Source: Candidatus Zixiibacteriota bacterium
Lineage (GTDB): Bacteria; Zixibacteria; MSB-5A5; RBG-16-43-9
DNA: 64,000 bases
NCBI GenBank assembly: GCA_030692925.1
Contig: JAUYBY010000101.1
Coordinates: 3,663 to 67,662, forward strand
Direction: 5' to 3'
Shown here: positions 9,764-19,879 of the stretch, piece by piece
Numbering within the stretch: position 1 is the first letter of the stretch
Layout of the letters: every line of letters starts with the position of its first letter
Made by a program: the position numbers and the translations under genes
Notes under the pieces: model-generated
What the model saw: the letters and a program-made list of their open reading frames with translations, nothing else
What the model was told of the DNA's origin: nothing
Database searches by the model: none

Positions 9764-10765
9764 TTACTCGGTATAATTTTTCAAATCCTGATATAATTTC
9801 TCTTTAGTCACCTGAGCAGTGCCTAACTCGCCCACCACTATCCCGGCAGCATGGTTGGAGATCAAAGCCGCCTCTTTTAAACTGGCTCCGGCAGAATAAG
9901 CGCTGGTGAAAGCTGAGATGACCGTGTCTCCAGCACCAGTGACATCATATACTTCTTTTGCCACTGTGGGGAAATTGGTAAGCATCCTGTTTTTTTCGAA
10001 AAGGGACATACCTTTTTCTCCCCGGGTAATCAATAAAGCCTCCGTTTCCAATTTTTCTAATAGTCCCCAGCCTACCTCCTCTAAACTTTTCTCATCTTTT
10101 ATCCTTTTGCCATAAGCAAAACCTGCCTCAGAATGATTCGGAGTAATAATCGATACCCTTTTGTAATTCATAAAATGAGTCTCTTTGGGGTCCACTGAGA
10201 TGAAAATGTTGTTCTCCCTGGCTAAGCTTATTACCTCATTCAAAAGCTTTAGACTGATCATCCCTTTACCATAATCGGAGATCAAGATCGCAGAGATTTT
10301 TTCTTCTTTTATTTTTATCTTAATGAAATCTACCAGGCGGAGAGTCAAATCTAAAGACAACTCCTCAGTGTTTTCCCGGTCAGCTCTCACCACCTGCTGA
10401 CTATGAGCGATGATCCTGGTCTTGGCTGTGGTCCTGCGAGCTGCGTCAACAAAAATCCCCTGGCTTGATATCTCAGCACCTGCAAGAAGCTCTTTTAGTT
10501 TTTCTCCATTTTTGTCATTTCCTACAATGCTGACCAGAAGCGGAATATCTCCTAAGGTCTTGACATTCAGAGCCACATTTGCCGCACCGCCTAATTTGAC
10601 AGATTCATCCATGACTTCTACTACCGGAACTGGCGCCTCGGGCGAGATCCGGGTTACGTTCCCCCAGATATACTCATCCAGCATCAGGTCGCCTAATATC
10701 AAAATCTTATGACCTCCTAAATTGGAGAAGATCTGCTGTAATCTTTGTGCAGGTATATTTTTCAT
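9764..10765 (-). CDS. rfaE1: D-glycero-beta-D-manno-heptose 7-phosphate kinase (HldE N-terminal domain as separate gene)
   Basis: 333 aa; PfkB-family carbohydrate kinase motifs (DVTGAGDT). Confidence 0.8.
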   Translation of the reverse strand: MKNIPAQRLQQIFSNLGGHKILILGDLMLDEYIWGNVTRISPEAPVPVVEVMDESVKLGGAANVALNVKTLGDIPLLVSIVGNDKNGEKLKELLAGAEISSQGIFVDAARRTTAKTRIIAHSQQVVRADRENTEELSLDLTLRLVDFIKIKIKEEKISAILISDYGKGMISLKLLNEVISLARENNIFISVDPKETHFMNYKRVSIITPNHSEAGFAYGKRIKDEKSLEEVGWGLLEKLETEALLITRGEKGMSLFEKNRMLTNFPTVAKEVYDVTGAGDTVISAFTSAYSAGASLKEAALISNHAAGIVVGELGTAQVTKEKLYQDLKNYTE

Positions 10766-10770
10766 ATATC

Positions 10771-11598
10771 TTAAAAGTTAAAAGACACCCCGATCGAATT
10801 AATCCCTATTGTGGGTTGAACTGATAGCTTGTTTGATTCTGCATCTTTATTCTTATTGAGTCGAACAATGGTTTTTCCTACCCAGGTTCCAAGCACACCT
10901 CCGAAGAAAACATCTGAGGTGAAATGAACGTTGTCATTCACCCGAGCCCAGGCAGCTAAAAAAGCCAGGCTATAAGCAGCCCAATCGATGAGTCTGTTAT
11001 CATACTGCTCTGCGATTACCGAAGCTAAGGAAAAAGCCGTGGCTGCATGCCCGGAAGGAAAAGACTGAGAGTAAGAGGAAGGCGGGAATTTTAATGCTTC
11101 GAAATGGTAGGCTCCCTTATCCGCAAAAGGCCTGGCTCTACCCACAGTGTGTTTTATCACCTGAGTGATGCCCTGGGTGAACATTACCGACTCCAGAAGG
11201 TAAAGAGCGGTATCCTTTTCTTTTTTGCGTTTAAAGATCAGTCCGCCCAGATAGAAGCCTCCGATAACAAACCTGGGGTAGACTGTCTCCGGTGGAGTGA
11301 CCAGCTTTGCCAGATCGTTCGAGAAACGACTGCGGTTTCTCCGAGCGACCTTCTGCAGCTCCTCATCTGCCAGGAATAATCCGGCTGTTACCGAAGCTAT
11401 CAGAAGAAATTCTAACCTTTCTTTCTTATCCCAGTGAAAGGGCGAGAGAAAAAGGTTCTTGCCGTCATAGTAGAAATGTTTAACTGTACGATCTAAAATA
11501 TTGTCGCTATCAGCTCCCGAAGCAAGGACTCTTCCCGCGACAAAAATTAAACAAATAATAAGAAAGACCGAGAGAACAACTATCTTTACCCTTGACAT
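10771..11598 (-). CDS. PAP2-family phosphatase, membrane protein
   Basis: 275 aa; KxxxxxxRP ... PSGH ... SR..H acid phosphatase motifs (RARPF, PSGHA). Confidence 0.7.
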   Translation of the reverse strand: MSRVKIVVLSVFLIICLIFVAGRVLASGADSDNILDRTVKHFYYDGKNLFLSPFHWDKKERLEFLLIASVTAGLFLADEELQKVARRNRSRFSNDLAKLVTPPETVYPRFVIGGFYLGGLIFKRKKEKDTALYLLESVMFTQGITQVIKHTVGRARPFADKGAYHFEALKFPPSSYSQSFPSGHAATAFSLASVIAEQYDNRLIDWAAYSLAFLAAWARVNDNVHFTSDVFFGGVLGTWVGKTIVRLNKNKDAESNKLSVQPTIGINSIGVSFNF

Positions 11599-11660
11599 CG
11601 AGGCATAATATATGTTAAAATAGGATTCAAATGCAAGCAGATATTTAAAGAGGAGAGCAT

Positions 11661-11990
11661 ATGGAGATAAAACCCCAACCCTTAAATGTGGAATTGGGCG
11701 AAAAAGAATCAGAGGGAATATATTCTAATTTAGCCTTAATCACCCATTCACCCTCAGAGATCATCATCGACTTTGCGCGGGTGATGCCCGGGATTCCCAA
11801 AGCCAGGGTCTATGCCAGAATCGTTATGACCCCGGCTCATGCCAAGCTGCTTTTGAATGCTCTGGATGACAACATCAAGAAATTCGAATCCCAGTTCGGG
11901 ACAATCAGGCTTTTCGGAAAAGAAGGAAAAGAGATCGGCTTTTCACGGGGATTGACCGATATCTCAGAACCTCCCAAGAAAGAGGATTAA
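11661..11990 (+). CDS. DUF3467-like small protein
   Basis: 109 aa; YSNLALITHSPSEIIIDF pattern typical of DUF3467. Confidence 0.45.
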   Translation: MEIKPQPLNVELGEKESEGIYSNLALITHSPSEIIIDFARVMPGIPKARVYARIVMTPAHAKLLLNALDDNIKKFESQFGTIRLFGKEGKEIGFSRGLTDISEPPKKED

Positions 11991-12111
11991 TTGTAAATAT
12001 ATTGGTTGAGGCACTGGAGTATAAACCTTTAGGTTTATCTCTATGATTTTTCCTTCGACGGACCACAGGTAAAGCTGAAGCTTTACACTCCATTACATCT
12101 GTAATTTCAGC

Positions 12112-12300
12112 AGTTGCTCGATTTATCGAGTACAAAACATTGCCCAATAAATTGGGCGACTACAAAGAACTCTGTAGTTGCTCGATTTATCGAGCCAAAA
12201 CATTGCCCAATGAATTGGGCAACTACAAAGAACTCTGTAGTTGCTTGATTTATCAAGCAAAAAAATCGCCCAATAAATTGGGCAACTACAGTGAAGAACT
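12112..12300. repeat. 3 tandem ~63-bp repeats, each with two palindromes, in the 5-prime leader of the GH57 gene
   Basis: units start 12112, 12176, 12239; palindromes gctcgatttatcgagc and gcccaataaattgggc; unit 3 carries a compensatory double change (gcttgatttatcaagc) preserving the dyad. Confidence 0.8.
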
Positions 12301-12319
12301 TAAAAGAAAGGAACTCAAA

Positions 12320-14059
12320 GTGTCGAATAAAATAGGAAGTTTCACCTTCGTTTTACATTTTCATCTGCCCTACGTTATCGCTCACGGAAAATGGCCTCAC
12401 GGTATGGATTGGTTAAACGAAGCCGCGGCTGAGTGCTACATCCCCATCCTGAATATTTTAAATGAGCTAATAGCCGAAGGATATTCTCCCAAATTAACCC
12501 TGGGAATTACTCCGGTTTTGACCGAGCAGTTGTCTGACGAGTCTTTCAAGTCCGAGCTTTCCTCTTACCTGGAGCAGAAGATCAAAGCGGCAGAGATAGA
12601 CATTCAGGAGTTCACCCGTTATAACCGTGTCAATCTTCTCTCCTTAGCCCAGATGTGGAAAGACTATTATTCCAGGATAAAAAACGATTTCGAAAGCAGG
12701 TATAATCGAAATATAGTTAGAGCTTTTAAAAAGTTGCAGGACGAAGGACATATTGAAGTAATCACCTCTGCAGCTACCCATGGTTATTTACCTTTATTAT
12801 CACAGGATACCTCAGTCCAGGCTCAAGTTAAGCAGGGAGTTGCGACTTACCAGAAATTTTACGGCAGAAAACCCAGGGGAATCTGGCTTCCTGAATGTGC
12901 CTATCGTCCTCGATATAAATGGCTGCCACCGGTTCAGACAGAGGGAATAAAAGAACCTTATCCCCGTAAAGGAATAGATGAATTCCTGACTGAGAATGGA
13001 ATCGAATATTTTATAGTGGATTCTGCGCTTCTAAAAGGCGGAAAGGCTATAGGAGTCTATATTGACCGGTTTCAAGCTTTACAGCAGTTATGGGGACAGT
13101 TTGAAAAAGAATATAAGCCCAGGGAGGAGGAGCTGGACAAAACTCCAAGAGAAGTTTATTTGGTTTCCTCCTCAGTTGAGGGAAAAAAGCCGGTTGCCAT
13201 CTTCACCCGCGACCCGGAAACAGGCTTACAAGTCTGGAGCGGAGAATGGGGTTATCCTGGAGATGGGAACTACTTGGATTTTCATAAGAAACATTTTCCT
13301 GGAGGACACCGCTATTGGAAGGTGACTTCAGCTAAAAGTGATTTAGCAGACAAGTGGGAATATTATCCCAAAGATGCCCAGGCACGTGTTCCAGAAAACG
13401 CAAGCCATTATAAGGGAATAGTCAAGAGACTTTTGAGCGAATATCGTCAGAAGTCCGGAAAAAAGGGAATAGTCTGCGCACCTTATGATGCTGAGCTTTT
13501 TGGCCACTGGTGGTTTGAGGGAACCCAATTTTTAAAACTGGTGTTGAAATACATAGCAGATGATCCGGAATTGGAATTGACCACCTGCTCAGGATTTCTG
13601 GATGAAGTCAAACCCAGTCAGGTGATCTCCATACCTGAAGGCTCCTGGGGAGAAGGAGGTTATCATTACATCTGGCTCAACCAGTGGACCGAATGGACCT
13701 GGAAACATATCTATGAAGATGAGAAAAGGATGCAGAGTCTGGCCAGGAGGTTCAAGGAAACTAAAGATGAGAATCTGCTTAAAATCTTGAAACAAGCTGC
13801 CAGGGAGCTTTTGTTGTTGCAGGCTTCGGACTGGCAGTTTTTAATCTCCACCTGGAGCGCCAGAGATTATGCGGAGCTAAGGGTTTCCGAGCATCATCAG
13901 AATTTTAAAAGGCTTTCTGAGATGGCGGAAAAATATGGTAAAGGCGACTATGTAGACCAAGGCGAGTGGACTTTCTTAGGCGATTGCGAAGCCAGGGACA
14001 ATCTATTCAAAGAGATAAAGCTGGAATGGTTTGCTGAGGTAGAGTACCCGGTAGAATGA
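12320..14059 (+). CDS. GH57-family 1,4-alpha-glucan branching enzyme
   Basis: HFHLPYV GH57 signature. Start moved to GTG 12320 (AGGA RBS 7 nt upstream) because the 60 aa upstream in the ORF track are translated tandem repeat. Confidence 0.8.
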   Translation: MSNKIGSFTFVLHFHLPYVIAHGKWPHGMDWLNEAAAECYIPILNILNELIAEGYSPKLTLGITPVLTEQLSDESFKSELSSYLEQKIKAAEIDIQEFTRYNRVNLLSLAQMWKDYYSRIKNDFESRYNRNIVRAFKKLQDEGHIEVITSAATHGYLPLLSQDTSVQAQVKQGVATYQKFYGRKPRGIWLPECAYRPRYKWLPPVQTEGIKEPYPRKGIDEFLTENGIEYFIVDSALLKGGKAIGVYIDRFQALQQLWGQFEKEYKPREEELDKTPREVYLVSSSVEGKKPVAIFTRDPETGLQVWSGEWGYPGDGNYLDFHKKHFPGGHRYWKVTSAKSDLADKWEYYPKDAQARVPENASHYKGIVKRLLSEYRQKSGKKGIVCAPYDAELFGHWWFEGTQFLKLVLKYIADDPELELTTCSGFLDEVKPSQVISIPEGSWGEGGYHYIWLNQWTEWTWKHIYEDEKRMQSLARRFKETKDENLLKILKQAARELLLLQASDWQFLISTWSARDYAELRVSEHHQNFKRLSEMAEKYGKGDYVDQGEWTFLGDCEARDNLFKEIKLEWFAEVEYPVE

Positions 14060-14277
14060 AGTTTTTGTAGGGACAGAACACTGTTCTGTCCTTACATTTA
14101 TATCAATAAGAATGGAAGGCTGAAGCCTTCCGCTACACAAGAAATGTAGCGGAGGTCTTCAGACCTCCATCTTCTAGTAGACGTAGAGCGGCCCTTTCAG
14201 GGTCGCCAAAATATAAAGCGATGCTAAAAGTCTCAAGACCTTGACGGCCTCGCACTACGTCTTAACCCCTCCCCTAC

Positions 14278-14312
14278 AAAAAAAATCAGGGTGGAGATTT
14301 TATCTCCACCCT
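14278..14312 (-). terminator. rho-independent terminator for OMP gene (between convergent genes)
   Basis: stem cagggtggaga/tctccaccctg with A-run on plus strand (= T-run on minus). Confidence 0.55.
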
Positions 14313-14341
14313 GAAGTCATTAGTTCCTTAATCTGTAAGAG

Positions 14342-15553
14342 TTAGAATGTGAAAACGGCAGACACGGTCCCGAAAAGATTTCTTTGAATTCCGCTCAGCA
14401 AATAGGTACCTTCAAAGAAATTATCCTCGCCAATAGTAGCATCCACCTGGAACTTGGAGAACTTGAATCCCACACCCAGACCGATGAAATCCTGAGAACT
14501 CGGGCTGGAGAAACGCCCTTTCTCTTCGAAGAAAAAGGCTGAATTGGAGGGGTGCCATTTATCCTCGAAGCGTCCGAACTCTTTTTCCATTCCCATCCTG
14601 GCGGTTAGCCATTTGGTCAGCTCATATTCCACCCCCAAGTTGAAACCGGGCATAAACCACTCGGTGTATTCATCGGTGATAAATGTGGTATCCGTCTCAT
14701 CTGTCCATCTCATCCGGGTAAGGTTCAACCCACCTACTACCATCCCTTTATCCAGCTTAAGATTTCCACCTAAACCGACGATGAAAAAGCTCTCTTTAAA
14801 ATCTCCAGTAGAAGAATTCCCTGCCTCGGCACCGGTTCCTTTTAAGGAGATAGATTCACTGCCGAAAGCAAACAGTGGAACCATCTGGAAATCATCTGTG
14901 ACCTGGAAAAACCCTCTGGCGCCAAACTGAATCCCGTTTCCACCGTCAGTCTCTAAAGTACTGGTGGCTCCTGCATCAGTATTAGTCAGCTTTCCGCGGT
15001 CAAAATTAAGTCTCAGCATACCTTCGATCTCATGTTTTTCCATCAGATTGAAAACAAAACCACCGGTGAGCGCTGTGTTCCCGGATGAATTTTCCTCCGA
15101 ATAATCAACTCCATTTTTGTATTCCTGTTTGTTCCCGGCATGATACAGACTTATGCCTAAACGGAGCTTTTCAAAATCGTAGGATGCCATAAGGTCAAAT
15201 GGATTTATCGGGCTGGGGAAACGATAATAATTAAAATCCGTGGAAACAAACCGGTTCAGGGTCAGACCTAAGGATAATCCTTTATACAGCTTGTAATTTA
15301 TTCCTAAGAATTGATCTTCCGGGGTAAACTGCTCAGTTCCCTTTTCAAAACTGTTGTAGAATCCCAGCTCTCCGTAGACCGTGTTAGTGTACATCCCTAA
15401 ATAGGCAGGGTTGGCGTAGATGTGATAAACGTCCTTGAAGAAATAGTCTGCGTTACCCAGACTTCTGATGCGAGCCAAAGTTGCAAACGCAGAACTGCCG
15501 ATCAAAATCACGAGAAGCAGTGTCACAGTTGAAAGTAGTATAAAGCGTTTCAT
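14342..15553 (-). CDS. outer-membrane beta-barrel protein (porin-like)
   Basis: 403 aa; signal peptide, alternating amphipathic strands, C-terminal ...VFTF aromatic terminus. Confidence 0.6.
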   Translation of the reverse strand: MKRFILLSTVTLLLVILIGSSAFATLARIRSLGNADYFFKDVYHIYANPAYLGMYTNTVYGELGFYNSFEKGTEQFTPEDQFLGINYKLYKGLSLGLTLNRFVSTDFNYYRFPSPINPFDLMASYDFEKLRLGISLYHAGNKQEYKNGVDYSEENSSGNTALTGGFVFNLMEKHEIEGMLRLNFDRGKLTNTDAGATSTLETDGGNGIQFGARGFFQVTDDFQMVPLFAFGSESISLKGTGAEAGNSSTGDFKESFFIVGLGGNLKLDKGMVVGGLNLTRMRWTDETDTTFITDEYTEWFMPGFNLGVEYELTKWLTARMGMEKEFGRFEDKWHPSNSAFFFEEKGRFSSPSSQDFIGLGVGFKFSKFQVDATIGEDNFFEGTYLLSGIQRNLFGTVSAVFTF

Positions 15554-15909
15554 TCTTTCCTCCTCTTTTGTTAGATTCCATTCAGTTAGCTAACCTTTTA
15601 CTTTTATCCCATCACCTCCTTAAAGTAACCAGGTTAGAATTTGATAAATTGTTATTAAATAACTCCACCTTCTCCTTTTGTCAAGTAAAAAATCATCTTT
15701 TTTTTAAAATATCCACTCTATTTATTAGTTTGTTTACGTAGAACCAATCTTCAAGTTTGATATTTTTTTCACAAATATTAACTGCATTCACGTTTTTTTC
15801 GCTTCCGTCCGAATTTGTCCAGGATGGATCCAATCGGAGATCCATCGGATTGGTGCCCCCGCCAACGAAATTTGCCCGTTGGTCTGGAGACCAACCAGGA
15901 GCAATTTCT

Positions 15910-17259
15910 CTAAAATTCAGTTTTCCCGGTGAACTTGAAATTCTTGATCAGCATAGCCGGAGTGACAATGGCGCCTATATCTCCCCACCAGGGAACAGCT
16001 ATTTTCCTTTGCCTGGAGATCAAAGAGATATTGGAAAAGGCTTTGAGCATGCTTTCGGTAAAACGCAGGTTCTTCACCCCGTATTTCACTTTTCCATTTT
16101 CGATCCAGAACGTTCCGTCCCTGGTCATGCCGGTCATCAAAGCGTTTTTGGTATCCAGGTAGCCATTAATATAATGAAACCGGGTAACCAGCAGCCCTTT
16201 TTCCAGAGATTCGATCATCTTCTTTAAGGATGAATCTCCAGACCTTACAAATAGATTCAAAGGTATGGGTCCTTCTGTGGCGGGCGGAGGAAGTGAATGC
16301 CCGGTGGATTTAACTTTATCCTTATACGCTGTCTGGGAATCGTAGACCAAACCTTTGGCTACACCTTTTTCGATAAATATCACTTTCTTCTTGGGAACAC
16401 CCTCGAAATCAAAGGGAAAGGGGACTCCGCTTTCATCTGTGCCGTCATCTAAAAGGGTGAAGTTCTCTGACATAATCTTCTTTCCCATCTTACCGCATAG
16501 GAAACCTGTCCCCTCTTGGTACTGCTTGGCACCTAAGCCTATTGTGCAGAGCCATTCGAGCAGATTCCCGACTGCGGCTGGCTCGAGAATGACGTCATAT
16601 TCACCCGGTTCTATCCCCTTCGGTTTTTTAGAATCCAGACATTTCTGGATTGCAGTCTGGGTTAATTCCTCGAAATCTATCAGGCTGACGTCCCGGTTCA
16701 GACCCTCAGCATACCCGGAGCTATCGTCTGACATTGCCACTAAGTTTATGCTGGCAGAAGTCAGGGGCTGATAGGCAGAAAGTCCATGGCTGCTCAGGAC
16801 AGCGATCTCAGATTGACCCGTGGAAAATGAACCGGCAACTGTAAGCTTCTGCTTTGTGGCTTCATCACAGATATTCTTGACAATCTCGGCTCTCTGGATC
16901 GGAGAGAAATCAGCAGTCTTTTTGAAATAGGTTTTAAGCTTTACGCTTTTCTGTTTATCCGGAATCCCGGGAAAATCAGGATTTTCCCTTTGATGCGAGG
17001 CAATCTGCTGGGCTGAAGATAAAGTCTTGAGCAGGTCATCTTTTTTAAAGGAATTTGTGGAACAGACCCCTATCTTTTTGCCCAGTGCGACTCTGAAGAA
17101 AACTTTACTGTTATGCTCTGAAACGTTCTGGTGGATGTAAGAGTTAGCATATCTTGTCAGTCCACTCTCGCCCCCGATGTATAAAGCCTCGGACTGATCT
17201 GCCTCTGATTTTTTTAAAACCGAATTCAAAATCTCCAAGATTTTTTCTTTACCGATCAT
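15910..17259 (-). CDS. pmbA: TldD/PmbA-family metalloprotease (PmbA-like)
   Basis: 449 aa; paired with tldD, 4-bp overlap. Confidence 0.8.
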   Translation of the reverse strand: MIGKEKILEILNSVLKKSEADQSEALYIGGESGLTRYANSYIHQNVSEHNSKVFFRVALGKKIGVCSTNSFKKDDLLKTLSSAQQIASHQRENPDFPGIPDKQKSVKLKTYFKKTADFSPIQRAEIVKNICDEATKQKLTVAGSFSTGQSEIAVLSSHGLSAYQPLTSASINLVAMSDDSSGYAEGLNRDVSLIDFEELTQTAIQKCLDSKKPKGIEPGEYDVILEPAAVGNLLEWLCTIGLGAKQYQEGTGFLCGKMGKKIMSENFTLLDDGTDESGVPFPFDFEGVPKKKVIFIEKGVAKGLVYDSQTAYKDKVKSTGHSLPPPATEGPIPLNLFVRSGDSSLKKMIESLEKGLLVTRFHYINGYLDTKNALMTGMTRDGTFWIENGKVKYGVKNLRFTESMLKAFSNISLISRQRKIAVPWWGDIGAIVTPAMLIKNFKFTGKTEF

Positions 17260-18698
17260 CTGCTTACTCCCACTTTGACATTTCTAAACCTGGCTGGAGC
17301 TGCCCCGTGAGCCACGTGCATAGTCTGCATCGGCTCTCCTTTTCCGCAGTTAGGCAGTCCCCAGACATGCCAGTGATTCCGGTTGCAAACCGCATCGCAG
17401 CTATTCCAGAACTCCGGGGTAATCCCGGTATAGACCGCATTCTTATGCATCCTTCCCTTTTTCCCGTCTTTAATCTCCCAGGCAGCCTCAACTCCGAACT
17501 GGAAATTCAGTCTTTTATCATCGATGGACCAGCTTTTGTTCATATCTAAAAGGAACCCGTCTTTTGTGTCGGCAATGAGATTATCCAGTTCCCATTCTCC
17601 GGGCTCTAAGTTGATATTGGTCATTCTTATCAAGGGTATCCGGTTCCAGCCCTCAGCTCGCATTGTTCCGTTGCTTTTCTGATTGAGCACCCGGGCGGTC
17701 TCCCTGGAGGTGAGGTAACCTACGAAAATTCCGTTTTTAACCAGCTCGACCCTCTGGGCTTTTACCCCTTCATCGTCATAGCCGAAGCTGCCTAATCCCC
17801 CTTCCAAGGTGGCATCTGCAGTTATACTCACTTTACCCGAACCATATTTTAGTTTGTTTAGCTTGTCTAAAGTCATAAAACTGCTGCCAGCCAAACTTAC
17901 CTCTGTTCCTAAAACCCGATCTAACTCAGTCGGGTGCCCGCACGACTCGTGCACCTGCAGAGCCATCTGCGAGCCGGTGATTATCAAAGTGGTATCTTTA
18001 TCCGGACACGCAGGTGCAGAGAGAAGCTCAATCGCCTCTTCCCTTACCCGGTCTGCGTTTTCCGCTAAGTTCAATCCCTGAATGAACTCATACCCGCGGG
18101 TAGCATAATCCCCGCGATGAGAGTTAGGATAACACCTTCTCTGAACTTCATTCCCGTTTACTGCTGTAGCCAAAATACCTGCCCCGCTTTCCAGTATCGA
18201 TTGGCGGATAAAAGCTCCCTCAGTCGAGGCGAATAGCTTTTCGGTTTTGTGAAAATCCATGCTCCCCTCCGCCACCTTGATCTTGTCATTTTTCCGCAAC
18301 AGTTCAGTTGCTTTGAGTAAAAGCTCAATTTTCTCCTCCAGCGGAACCTTGAATGGGTCGATCTCATATTTCGAAATATACTGGTCTTCAAAAACTTCAG
18401 TAGGACTTAACCTGGCTAATTCTTTTTTGATTATGGAGCTGGCTTTAGCTATCTCTAAAGCTTTGTTAGCTACCCTTTTCATCTCAGCCGGTGAAAGTAC
18501 GGAACTGGAAGCAAAACCCCAGGCTCCGTTGGCGATTATGCGTATACCAAAACCCTGATCTTCATCGCAGGAAATCCCTTCTATGTTTCCGTTTTTTACC
18601 TCGATGTTTTCGGTAACCCTGTGGATTTGTCTGATATCCGCATACTCTACCTTTTTTCTTTTCAGAAACTCCAGTGTCTCCTTTATTGCCTCTTTCAA
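17256..18698 (-). CDS. tldD: TldD-family metalloprotease
   Basis: 480 aa; HESCGH motif (VHESCGHPTE). Confidence 0.85.
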   Translation of the reverse strand: MKEAIKETLEFLKRKKVEYADIRQIHRVTENIEVKNGNIEGISCDEDQGFGIRIIANGAWGFASSSVLSPAEMKRVANKALEIAKASSIIKKELARLSPTEVFEDQYISKYEIDPFKVPLEEKIELLLKATELLRKNDKIKVAEGSMDFHKTEKLFASTEGAFIRQSILESGAGILATAVNGNEVQRRCYPNSHRGDYATRGYEFIQGLNLAENADRVREEAIELLSAPACPDKDTTLIITGSQMALQVHESCGHPTELDRVLGTEVSLAGSSFMTLDKLNKLKYGSGKVSITADATLEGGLGSFGYDDEGVKAQRVELVKNGIFVGYLTSRETARVLNQKSNGTMRAEGWNRIPLIRMTNINLEPGEWELDNLIADTKDGFLLDMNKSWSIDDKRLNFQFGVEAAWEIKDGKKGRMHKNAVYTGITPEFWNSCDAVCNRNHWHVWGLPNCGKGEPMQTMHVAHGAAPARFRNVKVGVSR

Positions 18699-18896
18699 AC
18701 TTCCTCCTTTACCAAAGCTTGAACTAAATCTAAAAAATCGCTGTAATCTATAAGCCCTGTTTCAGGTTGTCAAGTCAAATTAGATTCTTTTCTAAGTTTT
18801 CAGATTAATTTTGTCTAGATTAATCAAAGTGGAGTATAAAGCTTTAGCTTTATCTTCAATCAACTGGGGAAAAATCAATTTGATAAACCTAAAGGT

Positions 18897-19814
18897 TTAT
18901 ACTCCAATGTTTTTTCCCAGAAACATCTCAATCCCTGAGAATCTGCTTTTCATACCTGCAAGGAAATTAGCATATTCACAAGAAAGTTCAGTGTTACTGG
19001 TTTTGAGATAAGCCAAAAGGAAACCCGATGAGAAAACGTCTCCACAGCCTGTAGGGTCTACAAAATCTCTCACTTTTAAAGCAGATGTCTGGTAACGGAT
19101 TATTTTTTTACTTTTTTTGTAGTAGAGCAAAGCTCCTTTTCTTCCGCGGGTAACCAGTAAGATATCAGGACCAAGATTTAAAATTGTCCGTGCAAATTCC
19201 TTCATCTCATTTTCTGGTTTCAGATGACTCCCCGATATTATTTGCATCTCTTTGAAGTTCATCTGAACTATATCTGCTATTTTCAGATATTCTCTCCATA
19301 AAGCTGGAGCTTTAAAAAATCTTTTACCGTTTTTTGTAATTCCTAATATTAAAGAATGCACATCTATGAAGATTGGAGAGTGAGTCTTTGCTTTTATCTT
19401 TCTAAGAGTATCCAGACCTATGTCGAAACCGGAGATAAAATTAATCAGGAGGTAATCGCTATCAAGATATGGTTTGACCTGATGAAACTCAATTTTCGGG
19501 ACCAAATTTTTTAAGATTTCCTTTTTGTGCCATCTTCGGTCATAGAAAAGGTGGACATGGTTATTCTTCCCTCCTACTCTGGATATTCCGCTCAGCTCGA
19601 TATTGTCAAACTCTTTTAAATAGAAGATTACTCTTTTATAAATGTCAGACCCCAAATTGCACACAGGTGAGATTATAATGTCTTGCTGAGTTGCTTGTGC
19701 CAGGGGAAGAACGTTGTAAAGGATGCCGCCGAAACTTCTGGTTACCTTTCCATTCGGAAAAGTAATTGTGTCTTTTGTAATTGTTCCGATAACTGCCAGT
19801 TTAATCGGTCTCAT
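18897..19814 (-). CDS. PfkB-family sugar kinase
   Basis: ribokinase-like GG and DPTGCGD motifs; start set at internal Met (MRPIKLAV) because the upstream 28 codons overlap a family-1 repeat. Confidence 0.6.
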   Translation of the reverse strand: MRPIKLAVIGTITKDTITFPNGKVTRSFGGILYNVLPLAQATQQDIIISPVCNLGSDIYKRVIFYLKEFDNIELSGISRVGGKNNHVHLFYDRRWHKKEILKNLVPKIEFHQVKPYLDSDYLLINFISGFDIGLDTLRKIKAKTHSPIFIDVHSLILGITKNGKRFFKAPALWREYLKIADIVQMNFKEMQIISGSHLKPENEMKEFARTILNLGPDILLVTRGRKGALLYYKKSKKIIRYQTSALKVRDFVDPTGCGDVFSSGFLLAYLKTSNTELSCEYANFLAGMKSRFSGIEMFLGKNIGV

Positions 19815-19879
19815 AATGAATCGAAAACCCAGACTGGAGTGTAAAACTTTAGTTTTACTTTTTGATTCAATCGGCAAAC

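Noticed and set aside
12112-12300. Possible CRISPR array
   Set aside because: Units are contiguous with no unique spacers, there are only 3 copies, and no cas genes are nearby.
12140-12319. N-terminal 60 codons of the GH57 ORF as listed in the ORF track
   Set aside because: The peptide (PNKLGDYKELCSCSIYRAK x3) is a translation of the three tandem 63-bp DNA repeats; a GTG with good RBS at 12320 gives a normal GH57 N-terminus.
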